From NCBI GenBank assembly GCA_038245785.1, contig JBBRSB010000018.1, positions 24,616 to 88,615 on the forward strand: a stretch of 64,000 nucleotides of DNA, in the 5' to 3' direction. A program made the position numbers and the translations under genes. Of this stretch, positions 37,347 through 47,073 are shown piece after piece. The first letter of the stretch is position 1. Each line of letters begins with the position of its first letter. This stretch comes from Gloeobacterales cyanobacterium. Its GTDB lineage: Bacteria > Cyanobacteriota > Cyanobacteriia > Gloeobacterales > PMM-0068. The notes under the pieces were generated by a model. It was not told the DNA's origin, made no database searches, and saw nothing but the letters and a program-made list of their open reading frames with translations.

Positions 37347-38312
37347 TTAATGTTGGCCCGGTACTAACAAAGCAGCCAAAATAGCCTTCTGGGCATGTAG
37401 CCTATTTTCTGCTTGGTCCCAGACTCTTGATTGAGGGCCTTCTAGAGCTTCTGCGCTGATTTCTTCTCCGCGATGGGCAGGCAAACAATGCAAGATAATC
37501 GCCTTTGGGTCGGCCAGAGCGCAGAGCGCATCATTGACTTGATAGTCAGCAAAGGCTTTCTGTCGCGTTGCGGATTCTTCCTCTTGCCCCATACTGGCCC
37601 ACACATCCGTGTAGAGGGCATGGGCATCCTGAGCGGCTTCGGCTGGGTCTTTCAGAAGGCTAATCGTACACTCCGTATGAGCAGCAATCTCTTGAGCCCG
37701 TTGAACAACGGTACTTAGGGGTTCATAGCCTGGTGGAGTGGCTACCTTTAGATTCATGCCCACCTTGGCACAGCCCAACAAGAGTGAATGAACAATATTG
37801 TTTCCATCCCCGATATAGGCTATGGTCAGCCCTTTTAGAGTGCCAAAGGTCTCTTTCATCGTCAGCAAATCAGCCAGAATTTGACAAGGATGTTCAAGAT
37901 CCGTCAGGGCATTAATGACAGGAATCGAACAATAATTGGCAAACTCCTCTAGCTCAGCTTGTTCAAAAGTACGGATGGCTAAAGCATCTACATATCGGGA
38001 AAGGACCCGAGCAGTATCCTTTACCGATTCTCCTCTGCCCACCTGAATCACATTCGGGTTTAGGTCAATCGCTTCGCCACCCAAGTGATACATGGCCACC
38101 ATAAAACTAACCCGAGTCCGGGTAGAGGCTTTACGAAAAAGCAACCCTAAGGTCTGGCCTGCGAGTGGTTTTACGGCTCGATTCGCTTTGTAGTATTGGG
38201 CCGAATCCAACAACGCATGCAGTTGAAGGGTGTTCAACTCATCCAAGCTCAACAGGTCTTTGCCTGAGAGTGTACGAATCGCATCGATCGAGGGTCCTTC
38301 TGCAGAAATCAC
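37347..38312 (-). CDS. argF: Ornithine carbamoyltransferase
   Basis: STRTR, HPCQ, DVWASMGQE, HCLP. Confidence 0.97.
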   Translation of the reverse strand: MISAEGPSIDAIRTLSGKDLLSLDELNTLQLHALLDSAQYYKANRAVKPLAGQTLGLLFRKASTRTRVSFMVAMYHLGGEAIDLNPNVIQVGRGESVKDTARVLSRYVDALAIRTFEQAELEEFANYCSIPVINALTDLEHPCQILADLLTMKETFGTLKGLTIAYIGDGNNIVHSLLLGCAKVGMNLKVATPPGYEPLSTVVQRAQEIAAHTECTISLLKDPAEAAQDAHALYTDVWASMGQEEESATRQKAFADYQVNDALCALADPKAIILHCLPAHRGEEISAEALEGPQSRVWDQAENRLHAQKAILAALLVPGQH

Positions 38313-39682
38313 GGTGTGCTAGCGCCCTTATCTTCAGGTTGCGTTCCCTGAGAAACAGGCGTTTGAGGCTGATTGGCATCGGCTGCAGGCGTCACTGGTG
38401 TACCTGCTTTCGCTTCTGCAATCACTTTAGTCAGTGCCTGCACGGCCCGGACATACTGGGGGTCAGAAGCAGTTGCAATCTCTATGCCTTTTGCTTTATT
38501 TTTCTTAGTCAGCTTAGGCAACTCCACTTGGATATCTGGTTGAATACCCTTTTTGTGAATATCCGCTCCAGAGGGGGTTTTGTAATGAGCAATGGTCACG
38601 GCCATTCCAGAACCATCAGATAGAGAGTGAACGGATTGAACCAGCCCTTTACCGAACGTTTTGGTACCTACCAAAACAGCCCGCTTGTTGTCCTTAAGTG
38701 CTCCAGAAAGAATTTCACTGGCACTGGCTGACCCGCCGTCCACCAGAATCACCAAAGGTTTATCCGTTAAGGAGTGATGGTTTGCACTCAGACGTTCTAC
38801 CTCTCCTTCACGGTTTTGGGTGGAGACGATAGTACCTTCTTCCATAAACAATTCAGCAATCTCGGCAGAAGCATAGAGCAAACCACCAGGATTTTGTCTA
38901 AGGTCTAGAACAAATCCTTCCACTTGCTTCTTATTGAGGTCTTGCACCGCTTGGCGCATTTCCTTTGCGGCCGTACCTGTAAATTGCGTTAGGCGGATGT
39001 AGCCCAGCTGACCCGGCTGCGTTCCCACCGCACCTACAATCGGGCGAGCATCACTCTTGACCGCTTTTAGTTCGATCCGGCTACGGACCAAATCGACATT
39101 AAATACTTCGGTGCCGCGACGGATTGTAAACTTTACAGAACTTCCGGCTTTGCCCCGAATTTTGCCTACCGCTTCTTCCCTGCTCATCCCTTTAGTAGGT
39201 GTGCCATCAATGGCCTGAACGATATCCTTGGATACTATTCCAGCCTTCGCCGCAGGAGTGTCTTCAATAGGGGCGATGACCAACAATTCTTTGGTTTTGG
39301 GCTCAATATCAATTTGGATGCCTACTCCCGTGAGTTCGCCTGAGGTGTCAACCTGCATACTGGCGTATGCTTTTGGGTCCATGAAGCGGGTATAGGGGTC
39401 TTTAAGTTTGGCCAACATCTGGCGGACAGAAGTGTAGGCTTCTTCTTTGCTCTTGTATTCTTTGCTTAGATATTCTGTGCGAACTTTTTCCCAATTGCTT
39501 TTATTAAAAGTTCCGTCTACATACTCTGAGTTAACAATCTGCCAAGCCTCATCCACAATTGCCTTTGGGTTTTCCTCAAAGGCTGCCAATACTGCGGTTG
39601 GATGACCAACTACACCTGTAGTCCATAGGGTGAGAGCAAGAGATGCCGTAGCGCCAAAACTTAAGAGGATTTTTTTATTCAT
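38309..39682 (-). CDS. Carboxyl-terminal processing protease (S41, CtpA/B/C family)
   Basis: Signal peptide, PDZ, DLRQNPGG, SASASE, TFGKG. Confidence 0.95.
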   Translation of the reverse strand: MNKKILLSFGATASLALTLWTTGVVGHPTAVLAAFEENPKAIVDEAWQIVNSEYVDGTFNKSNWEKVRTEYLSKEYKSKEEAYTSVRQMLAKLKDPYTRFMDPKAYASMQVDTSGELTGVGIQIDIEPKTKELLVIAPIEDTPAAKAGIVSKDIVQAIDGTPTKGMSREEAVGKIRGKAGSSVKFTIRRGTEVFNVDLVRSRIELKAVKSDARPIVGAVGTQPGQLGYIRLTQFTGTAAKEMRQAVQDLNKKQVEGFVLDLRQNPGGLLYASAEIAELFMEEGTIVSTQNREGEVERLSANHHSLTDKPLVILVDGGSASASEILSGALKDNKRAVLVGTKTFGKGLVQSVHSLSDGSGMAVTIAHYKTPSGADIHKKGIQPDIQVELPKLTKKNKAKGIEIATASDPQYVRAVQALTKVIAEAKAGTPVTPAADANQPQTPVSQGTQPEDKGASTP

Positions 39683-39791
39683 TTCAGGTCAGCAGCGATA
39701 AGGGGAATAAGGGCAGCGAGATTACTACGAAGTTTGTAGAAATGCTGTAACGCCAATCTAGCATAGGCATCCAGGCAGACCGTCATTTGCT

Positions 39792-40178
39792 TCATAGTTT
39801 CTCTATCAATTCTATAGGCAAGCGGTCCGGGTCTAAGACAAAGGCTACCCGATAACGTTCTGAGCCTATCTGCTGTTCTATCGTTTCCATCAGAATCGGA
39901 ATCTCATAACTTTTGAGGTTTTTGAGTGATTCCTCGACGTTTTGCACCAATAGAGACAAATGATAGTATCCAGTGTAGTGCTCGTCTAACCAAATTTCTG
40001 GAGCAGGCTTAGGTTCTAGCATCTGGATCAGTTCGATGCGTCCGCCTCGTTCCGATTCCATCCAGCAAGCTAACGTTTCTCCTGTCTGGAATCGTTCATG
40101 GACAACAAATTCCAAGCGTTCATAGAAAGCAATGGACCGAAAAATATCTGCGGTGCGGATCGAGACGTGGTGCAGCAT
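39792..40178 (-). CDS. VOC/glyoxalase family protein
   Basis: MLHHVSIRT, GYYHLSL, AFVLDPD.LPIELIE. Confidence 0.88.
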   Translation of the reverse strand: MLHHVSIRTADIFRSIAFYERLEFVVHERFQTGETLACWMESERGGRIELIQMLEPKPAPEIWLDEHYTGYYHLSLLVQNVEESLKNLKSYEIPILMETIEQQIGSERYRVAFVLDPDRLPIELIEKL

Positions 40179-40265
40179 GGCATTTTGGGCATTCTTATTC
40201 CATCGTGACATGGGCATGTGCATTGTGTACGTCCCAACCACCCAACTCAACAAGGGCAGAGCAGC

Positions 40266-41180
40266 GTGGCAATAGATGAAAGAGTGCAGCGATTATTGAA
40301 CAATCTGGGCCAGGCGATTGTCGGCAAAGAAAAACCTCTGAAGTTGGCGCTAGTAGCGCTATTTAGTGGAGGCCATGCCCTGCTAGAAGATGTACCTGGT
40401 GTCGGCAAAACGCTATTGGCAAAATCCCTCGCTAGTAGCATTGATGGCACTTTTCAACGGGTGCAGTTTACACCAGACCTCCTGCCCAGTGATGTGACAG
40501 GAACCAATATCTGGAATCCGAAGAATGGAACGTTTGATTTTATGGCGGGTCCTGTTTTTGCCAATGTGCTGTTGGCTGATGAAATTAACCGGGCCACTCC
40601 ACGGACCCAAGCTTCCTTACTAGAGGTGATGGAAGAGCATCAGGTGACCATCGATGGCATCACCCGCAAGGTGCAAGAACCATTTTTCGTGATTGCGACC
40701 CAAAACCCTGTGGAGTATCAAGGGACCTTTCCGCTGCCAGAAGCTCAGTTGGACCGTTTTGCATTGTCTTTCAGTTTGGGCTATCCCACGGAAGAAGAAG
40801 AGCTAACCATGCTCCAGCGGCTGCAGTCCGGCACTTTGGGCGGACCGCTCAACGCTTGTCTGTCCCTGGAGGAAGTGCAAGCCATCCGCAAGGGAGTAGC
40901 CAAAGTTCCTGTCTCCGATGCCCTACAGCGCTACATTTTGGCGTTGGTCCGCAATACCCGTGAAGATAAACAAATTACGCTGGGCGTCAGTCCTCGGGGG
41001 GCTGTAGCCCTCCAGAAAGCGGTACAGGCTCTCACCTATTTGGAAGGCCGCTCCTATCCTGAACCCGATGATATTAAATGGCTCGCTCCTGCAGTGCTTT
41101 CCCATCGCCTGATACCGGCCAGCGGACAATCGAGAGTGCAGATTGTGAAGCGACTTTTAGACACCGTTGCCGTTCCCTGA
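40266..41180 (+). CDS. MoxR family AAA+ ATPase
   Basis: LEDVPGVGKT, QFTPDLLPSD, DEINRATPRTQ, ATQNP. Confidence 0.95.
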   Translation: MAIDERVQRLLNNLGQAIVGKEKPLKLALVALFSGGHALLEDVPGVGKTLLAKSLASSIDGTFQRVQFTPDLLPSDVTGTNIWNPKNGTFDFMAGPVFANVLLADEINRATPRTQASLLEVMEEHQVTIDGITRKVQEPFFVIATQNPVEYQGTFPLPEAQLDRFALSFSLGYPTEEEELTMLQRLQSGTLGGPLNACLSLEEVQAIRKGVAKVPVSDALQRYILALVRNTREDKQITLGVSPRGAVALQKAVQALTYLEGRSYPEPDDIKWLAPAVLSHRLIPASGQSRVQIVKRLLDTVAVP

Positions 41181-41236
41181 TCTTGTCCCCATTGCTCCTC
41201 CATAATTTGGCACAATAGAGCTTAGTCAGCCCGGTA

Positions 41237-42220
41237 TTGTCTGTGTTCGCCTACGCTCTGAAACGTCTTCTAGCTTCACTCCCGCTGCTATTCCTAGTAT
41301 CCCTGCTCAGTTTTACCTTGATCAAGCTGGCACCGGGAGATGCTTTGGACACCTTGAGAGCCAATCCAGCGGTCTCTCAGCAATTCATCCAGTCAGAAGT
41401 GGACCGTTTAGGGCTAGACCGACCAGCTCAGGAGCAGTATTTCATCTGGTTGAAGAATGCACTCCAAGGTGATTTAGGCAGTAGCTATACCTATCAAATT
41501 CCTGCGGTGAGTTTGGTGGTACAGCGAGCAGGGAATACCCTACTGATGGCGATAACTTCTTTTCTCTTTACTTGGTTAGTGGCCATTCCCCTCGGTATCT
41601 ATGGGGCCGTACGGCAATACTCTCTAGCTGATAAAATTTTGTCTTTTTTCAGCTATTTGAGTCAGGGATTTCCTAGTTTTGTTCTGTGCATCGGCTTGTT
41701 ATTTCTCGCATCGACTAGTGGTGGACTTTTGCCCACAGGAGGTATGACCAGTATCAATTATTCTCAGCTCAATCCATTTCAACAAGTATTAGATACAGGA
41801 TGGCATTTGATCCTGCCAACCCTGGCGATTGGATTAGTCGGCTTTGCCGGACTACAGCGCATCACGCGCGGCAATTTGCTCGATGTTCTCAGAGAAGACT
41901 ATATCCGCACCGCACGAGCCAAAGGATTAGATGAAAACCGAGTCATCTATGTCCATGCATTACGCAATTCTGTTAACACGCTGATTACTCTACTAGGCTT
42001 TGAATTTGCAGGTTTACTGAGTGGAGCCTTCATTGCCGAATTTTTCTTCTCTTGGCCTGGTTTAGGCATGCTTATCCTAGAGGCTTTCAAGAGCTACGAC
42101 ATCAACGTAATAATGGCCAGTCTGCTCCTTGGAACCTTTATGCTCGTACTCGGAAACCTATTTGCAGACTTGCTGCTCAAAGTCGTAGACCCTCGCATTC
42201 GCTTGGAAGAAGCAGAATAG
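41237..42220 (+). CDS. Oligopeptide/dipeptide ABC permease (OppB/DppB)
   Basis: LAPGD, GDLGSS, EDYIRTARAKGL, DPRIR. Confidence 0.93.
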   Translation: MSVFAYALKRLLASLPLLFLVSLLSFTLIKLAPGDALDTLRANPAVSQQFIQSEVDRLGLDRPAQEQYFIWLKNALQGDLGSSYTYQIPAVSLVVQRAGNTLLMAITSFLFTWLVAIPLGIYGAVRQYSLADKILSFFSYLSQGFPSFVLCIGLLFLASTSGGLLPTGGMTSINYSQLNPFQQVLDTGWHLILPTLAIGLVGFAGLQRITRGNLLDVLREDYIRTARAKGLDENRVIYVHALRNSVNTLITLLGFEFAGLLSGAFIAEFFFSWPGLGMLILEAFKSYDINVIMASLLLGTFMLVLGNLFADLLLKVVDPRIRLEEAE

Positions 42221-42224
42221 CAAA

Positions 42225-43049
42225 TTAGCCTCTTACCCTAGACTGTTTCCAGGCCTTTAAGGCAATGCCGAGCAGCCCAAATAGAACGAAAGCAATTGGA
42301 TTTGGATTTTCAGGAATCGCTTGTACATTGGCTAAATTATCCGTGAATACTGACAGCGTTACGCTAGTCGGTTGATTGAAGAAGTAATTAAATGAACCAT
42401 TGACAGAAGCCTGCGCTGATTCCTGATTTTCGCCAGTGAGACTTTGCAGGATAGGAGTACTTCCTAAGGCTACATTGTCACTTTGAAGGTTCAGAAAATC
42501 ATCATTATTTTGAGTTGCTAAGCTGCCAGAGAGGCCGAAAGCGCCATAGATATTCTGACTAGTGTTATCACTGACCACAAAAGATAGATTTCCCGCCGAA
42601 TTCGCACTTTCGAGAGATGGATTGTCGGCTATTGCTTGTAGAGATAGCAAACTTTCAAAATTAAACGATAAGGATTGGTTGGCTCCAATATCAAACGTGC
42701 CAAGGTTTTGGGTCTGACTTTGAGCGAGTCCTGCATACGTATTACCTTGTCCAAAAGCTAAGCTTGCCGAACTGTTGGAAGCATTGGCTAAAGGGGCTGC
42801 GATAAAGTTTGCTTCAGCCGTACTGGTCGCAAAAGCAGTATCTAACGGGTTTGGAGCAGAGGCAAAAGCATTCGTATTGGTGGCACTGTTTGTGTTCTGA
42901 GGACCTTGGCTAAAGTTAGAAAAATTGAGCATTCCTTCAGACAAAGATAAAGTAGCAGCCTGGCTCGGGAACGATGTCAGCGTAGAGCTTAGGACCAGAG
43001 GCGCTATCAAAAATAGAATGGGCTGAACAACTCCTCGACATAGCTTCAT
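42225..43049 (-). CDS. Secreted PEP-CTERM-like surface protein
   Basis: Signal peptide; S/N/A-rich body; C-terminal IPE + hydrophobic segment + basic tail. Confidence 0.7.
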   Translation of the reverse strand: MKLCRGVVQPILFLIAPLVLSSTLTSFPSQAATLSLSEGMLNFSNFSQGPQNTNSATNTNAFASAPNPLDTAFATSTAEANFIAAPLANASNSSASLAFGQGNTYAGLAQSQTQNLGTFDIGANQSLSFNFESLLSLQAIADNPSLESANSAGNLSFVVSDNTSQNIYGAFGLSGSLATQNNDDFLNLQSDNVALGSTPILQSLTGENQESAQASVNGSFNYFFNQPTSVTLSVFTDNLANVQAIPENPNPIAFVLFGLLGIALKAWKQSRVRG

Positions 43050-43230
43050 CAGTGCCCCTCACGAACTATTGAGCAGCGCTAACCTGCGCTGGGATCAATA
43101 ATAGATGAATTTTACAGAGCTGATGAGCGTGGCTGACTACGAGGGGCAATACGGGTATTTACTGCCAATTATTCTTACTTAGTAAAAATGAAAGCCTTCG
43201 ATCTCTATTCGCAAATTGCTACAACTATTA

Positions 43231-43281
43231 CAGAGATGGGATTCGTAGCTTGCGCCCGAAGGGTACCCACGGTAAGTTGCC
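43231..43281 (-). pseudogene. Degenerate partial copy of the adjacent tRNA-Ser with an 18-bp insertion in the T-loop
   Basis: tgggattcg and the 17-mer acccacggtaagttgcc (43265-43281) repeat tRNA positions 43316-43342. Confidence 0.65.
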
Positions 43282-43302
43282 TTGTAGGACTTTAGAACAA
43301 AA

Positions 43303-43391
<89 letters not shown>

Positions 43392-43455
43392 AGAGATGGA
43401 CACAGGGGATAATCGTATCGCTGTGTCTGTACGATGTCCAGAAAATTGGTAAAGC

Positions 43456-44457
43456 CTAAGCCAAAGCCTGACGATTGAGCTGGCCCGCAAAATGACATCG
43501 AGCATAATGCCCTGCGTTGGACACATCCAATAAATCCGGCATCGTGGCGCAAATATCTTGGGCCAAAGGACAACGGGGGCGGAAGGAACAGCCACTGATG
43601 GGTTCTGTAAGACGAGGCGGTTGCCCCAGAATCGGATATAGACGCTTCAAACCTGGTCGCGGTAAAGAATCCAACAGACCAACCGTATAGGGATGCTGTG
43701 GGGCCTCGAAAAGCTGCTCCACAGGCGCTTGCTCCACTACTTGACCTGCGTACATCACCAGCACCTGATCGCACATCTGAGCCACCACGCCGAGGTCATG
43801 GGTGATCAGAATCATGCCCATCCCTCGTTCTCGCTGCAGACGGCTAAGGAGGTCCAGCACCTGAGCCTGAATCGTCACATCCAGAGCCGTAGTCGGTTCA
43901 TCGGCCAGAAGCAATTTGGGCTCATTTGCAAGCGCCATGGCAATCATCGCTCGCTGTCGCATCCCACCGGAAAATTCATGGGGATAGTTCCTGTAGCGGC
44001 TCTCCGAATCAGGAATTCCAACCTGTTGCATCAGGTCTACCGCTTTCTTCTGTGCTTCTGGCTTAGAACAAGTCTCATGGGCTAGTACTGCTTCTCGAAT
44101 TTGGTCCCCAATCGAGTAGACCGGATTAAATCCTGTCAGTGGATCTTGACTGATCAGAGCTATCTCTTTACCCCGGTAACGAGCCCGCTGGGTTTGGGGT
44201 AAGGCTAGAATGTTCTGGCCTTGGACGTTTTGGCCTCGATAGATGACTTGGCCTTCTGTCACTTCTGCGTTTTCTGGAAGCAATCCCAAAAGAGCAAAGG
44301 CGGTGACCGACTTGCCACAGCCTGACTCGCCGACAATTCCTAGAACCGTACCAGTTTCTACGCTAAAACTGACGCCATTGACGGCATAAATGTAGCCAGA
44401 GCCTGTTTTAAAACGGATATGGAGATTTTTTACAGAGAGAAGTGGTTTGTCAGCCAT
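43456..44457 (-). CDS. Oligopeptide/dipeptide ABC ATP-binding subunit (OppD/DppD)
   Basis: GESGCGKS, YPHEFSGGMRQR, ADEPTTALD, HPYT, C-terminal Cys motif. Confidence 0.95.
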   Translation of the reverse strand: MADKPLLSVKNLHIRFKTGSGYIYAVNGVSFSVETGTVLGIVGESGCGKSVTAFALLGLLPENAEVTEGQVIYRGQNVQGQNILALPQTQRARYRGKEIALISQDPLTGFNPVYSIGDQIREAVLAHETCSKPEAQKKAVDLMQQVGIPDSESRYRNYPHEFSGGMRQRAMIAMALANEPKLLLADEPTTALDVTIQAQVLDLLSRLQRERGMGMILITHDLGVVAQMCDQVLVMYAGQVVEQAPVEQLFEAPQHPYTVGLLDSLPRPGLKRLYPILGQPPRLTEPISGCSFRPRCPLAQDICATMPDLLDVSNAGHYARCHFAGQLNRQALA

Positions 44458-44464
44458 AGGGTAC

Positions 44465-44803
44465 TCAAGATGGGCCAGGCAATGCAGGTATATGGAACGA
44501 GCCATCTACGTTAGCGGGTAAATCAAGCACATCGCAGACGGCATCTAAGTTCAAAGAACCATAGATATGGGGATAGCTATCTCCTGCCGCCGATTCATAG
44601 CGAATTTCTGCGTGGACCTTGGCAGGGTCAATGCACAGGAGCACTAGGGCCTTTTGCCCTTTGAAGAAGACCGTAGCAACTCGGGCAACCTGCTTTGGAG
44701 TAGAGCAGTGTATAAACCCCTCTGTGGCGAGGGTATCGCTGTGATAGACCCCTATCTGTTTACCCTGTTCCCAAGATTGCTGTGGGGTGATATGAAAAAT
44801 CAT
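44465..44803 (-). CDS. DUF952 domain protein
   Basis: MIFHIT, EGFIHCST, YPHIYGSLNLDAV. Confidence 0.92.
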   Translation of the reverse strand: MIFHITPQQSWEQGKQIGVYHSDTLATEGFIHCSTPKQVARVATVFFKGQKALVLLCIDPAKVHAEIRYESAAGDSYPHIYGSLNLDAVCDVLDLPANVDGSFHIPALPGPS

Positions 44804-44805
44804 CG

Positions 44806-45051
44806 CTAGGAGCGCCCAAAACGAGACAGATGGGTAGGCTGGTCGATAGTCGTTTCGTACCACTGGACATACTGACCAGGCCCAAAGTTCAGTTCGCAGG
44901 CCGTATCGAGCATATTTTGAAGCATCTTCTCCAAAGCTTCTCCCTCCAGAGACTCCTGCTTGGCAACCAGAGGCCGCAGATAGTCCATGAGTTCGATATC
45001 CGTCAAAAAGCGCTCATCTTGTCCTGTTTCCAGTAGTACGTAATCGGTCAT
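44806..45051 (-). CDS. Chlororespiratory reduction protein 7 (CRR7, NDH assembly) family
   Basis: DYVLLE..Q.E.FLT..E...LDTACEL..GPGQYVQWYE. Confidence 0.78.
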   Translation of the reverse strand: MTDYVLLETGQDERFLTDIELMDYLRPLVAKQESLEGEALEKMLQNMLDTACELNFGPGQYVQWYETTIDQPTHLSRFGRS

Positions 45052-45671
45052 ACTTTTCCTTTTGTTTTACCCGTTCCTCTGGTTTTACCTGTGCCACCTT
45101 TTCCACCTGTTTTGTCTGCTTTACTGAGCTCACCCGTTGCCTTGCCTGATTCGCTTCCACTAGAGTGAGTCACCCGTTTGCGCAGAGATTGGGCACGACG
45201 AAGCGCTACATCATTTTTGGGTTCCAGCTCAAGCACTTTTTCATAAGCTTCCAAAGCCTGAGGGAGGAGCATCTTGCGCTCATAAGAGTGTCCTAAATTG
45301 CTCCAAGCCACCGCGTAGTCAGGCTTTAGGCGCAGAGCATCTTTGTACTGGCGGATGGCCAAGTCGTACTGCTCCTGACGAAAATAGGAATAGCCCAGGT
45401 TGTTATAGCCCGGTGCATACTCCGCATCTGCCTGAACAGACTTTTGGAACTGCTTAGCCGCCTCTTCAAAGAGCTGTTTTTCCAGATAGGCACTACCCAG
45501 TTCGTAATGTTCTTGTGCCGTTCCTTTACCCCGTATCAGCTTAGGGCTCAGGTCAGCGATCACTTTCTCAAGCCCTCGGCTCCGAAACACTTGGCGAAAG
45601 ACAAGCCAGCAACCTACCCCAAGGAGGAGGAGTAGACCGACAAGGTAGACAGAGATGTACGTCGTTTCCAT
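45048..45671 (-). CDS. ycf37: Ycf37/Pyg7-like membrane-anchored TPR protein (PSI assembly)
   Basis: N-terminal TM, RQVFRSR..E, YELGS.YL.K, NNLGYSYF.QEQY.LAIRQYK.A. Confidence 0.8.
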   Translation of the reverse strand: METTYISVYLVGLLLLLGVGCWLVFRQVFRSRGLEKVIADLSPKLIRGKGTAQEHYELGSAYLEKQLFEEAAKQFQKSVQADAEYAPGYNNLGYSYFRQEQYDLAIRQYKDALRLKPDYAVAWSNLGHSYERKMLLPQALEAYEKVLELEPKNDVALRRAQSLRKRVTHSSGSESGKATGELSKADKTGGKGGTGKTRGTGKTKGKV

Positions 45672-45741
45672 ATTTCTCAGTTTATCGCTCTATGTGAAGT
45701 CAAGACGTAGACTATGGAAAAGTGAATGGAGAAAGACTTCT

Positions 45742-45933
45742 ATGGGCTTTGCTGATATCTCGATCGAAGACTTGGCTGAAGACTATAGCCTCCCGGTGTC
45801 TCAAGTCATTGAATTGTGTGACCAGATGGCGATTCCCTATCAAAACCAAAAGAGTAACTTGGCGCTAGAAGATGCCAAAAAGATTATTCTGGCTGTTTTA
45901 GAACTAAAAAGTAGTACATCTGGGGCTGTCTAA
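45742..45933 (+). CDS. Small cyanobacterial protein with IF2 N-terminal-like domain
   Basis: MGFADISIEDLAEDY...LCDQMAIPY...LALEDAKKII. Confidence 0.75.
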   Translation: MGFADISIEDLAEDYSLPVSQVIELCDQMAIPYQNQKSNLALEDAKKIILAVLELKSSTSGAV

Positions 45934-46022
45934 ATGCTGCCTAGTGACCAAGTGATGTACAATCCGCACTAGCAGTTTTTGGGCTGTTGGGAAAAGGGGC
46001 AGGTCTATTAAGGAGAACTCAG

Positions 46023-46562
46023 GTGAAAAAAGCAGTTTGGATGGTATTGGCTGCCGTGGCTGTAACGGTTACGGCATGCTCAGGTGAGCAAGGTGGAGAT
46101 GCAGGTAAGGCCAGTGAACCTGTAGCGACTACAGGGGAAGCGAGTACTATAGCCGTCGTGGCTGATGCCGCTGGCACGAAACAAAACTTTACAGGTGCCC
46201 AATTCAAAGAAGGGCAGAAATTATTTAAAGCGAACTGTGGAAAGTGTCATGTGGGTGGTCAAACGTACGGCACCTATAACGTCAAAGAAGTCAACCTTTC
46301 GATGAAGGCCCTTTCAGAAGCAACACCGCCTCGCAATAATATTGCTTCCCTAATTAGCTACATGGCCGAACCCACTAGCTATGACGGAACGGATAAGCTC
46401 TACGACACAGGACGCCATCCCAAGTATGTAGAGCAGGGTAAAGCGGGTCCTGATAATCAGGTTATCGTTCGCACCAAAGAAGAACTAACTTTAATTGCCG
46501 CTTTCATTTTGAAAGAAGCCACGTACAACACCTCTTGGGGAAAAGGTAAAGATGTCCGCTAG
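46023..46562 (+). CDS. psbV: Cytochrome c550 (PsbV-like) with lipoprotein signal
   Basis: CGKCH, L..ATPPRNNI.SL.SYM.EPTSYDG, distal HP, WGKGK end; MKK...VTAC lipobox after GTG 46023. Confidence 0.8.
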   Translation: MKKAVWMVLAAVAVTVTACSGEQGGDAGKASEPVATTGEASTIAVVADAAGTKQNFTGAQFKEGQKLFKANCGKCHVGGQTYGTYNVKEVNLSMKALSEATPPRNNIASLISYMAEPTSYDGTDKLYDTGRHPKYVEQGKAGPDNQVIVRTKEELTLIAAFILKEATYNTSWGKGKDVR

Positions 46563-47034
46563 AGAAGCTCTAATTGCTCTAGTTCTACTCTTGGGCATCA
46601 TCAGCCCTCTGCAAGCCCAGGAAGACCGATATGTGGTGCAATACCTGAAAGTGGCGGGCAAGGTAGCCTTGCCCCTCGATAACTCCGGCAAGCTGGTGTC
46701 CTTTACCACCAAGGACCTGAGCGAAGGGAAATCCCTTTTTGAGAACAACTGCAAAAACTGTCATCTCGGTGGGAATAACGTTCCCGGCGGACCAAATCTA
46801 GCGCTTAACACGCTGAAGGGGGCCACTCCACCTCGGGACAACCTAGTGACCTTGGTCCAGTTCTCTCGCAAACCCGTTGATTACAAAGGAAAAAGACCTG
46901 CGGTTTGCCGAGACATTCCCAAAAGCTATCTTTCGGACCTCCAGCTCAAGAAGCTATACGCTTTTGTGCTCAGGGCTGCAGATTTAGCACCAGGGTGGGC
47001 AACTATTCCTAGCGGCGGTACGGTTGGGAAGTAG
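46552..47034 (+). CDS. psbV2: PsbV2-like cytochrome c550 paralogue
   Basis: DRYVVQYL, GKSLFENNCKNCHLGG, GATPPRDN, distal Cys (AVCR), APGW. Confidence 0.8.
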   Translation: MSAREALIALVLLLGIISPLQAQEDRYVVQYLKVAGKVALPLDNSGKLVSFTTKDLSEGKSLFENNCKNCHLGGNNVPGGPNLALNTLKGATPPRDNLVTLVQFSRKPVDYKGKRPAVCRDIPKSYLSDLQLKKLYAFVLRAADLAPGWATIPSGGTVGK

Positions 47035-47073
47035 CCTAGTATCATCGGAATAAGTGTTTAACAGGTTTCTTGG

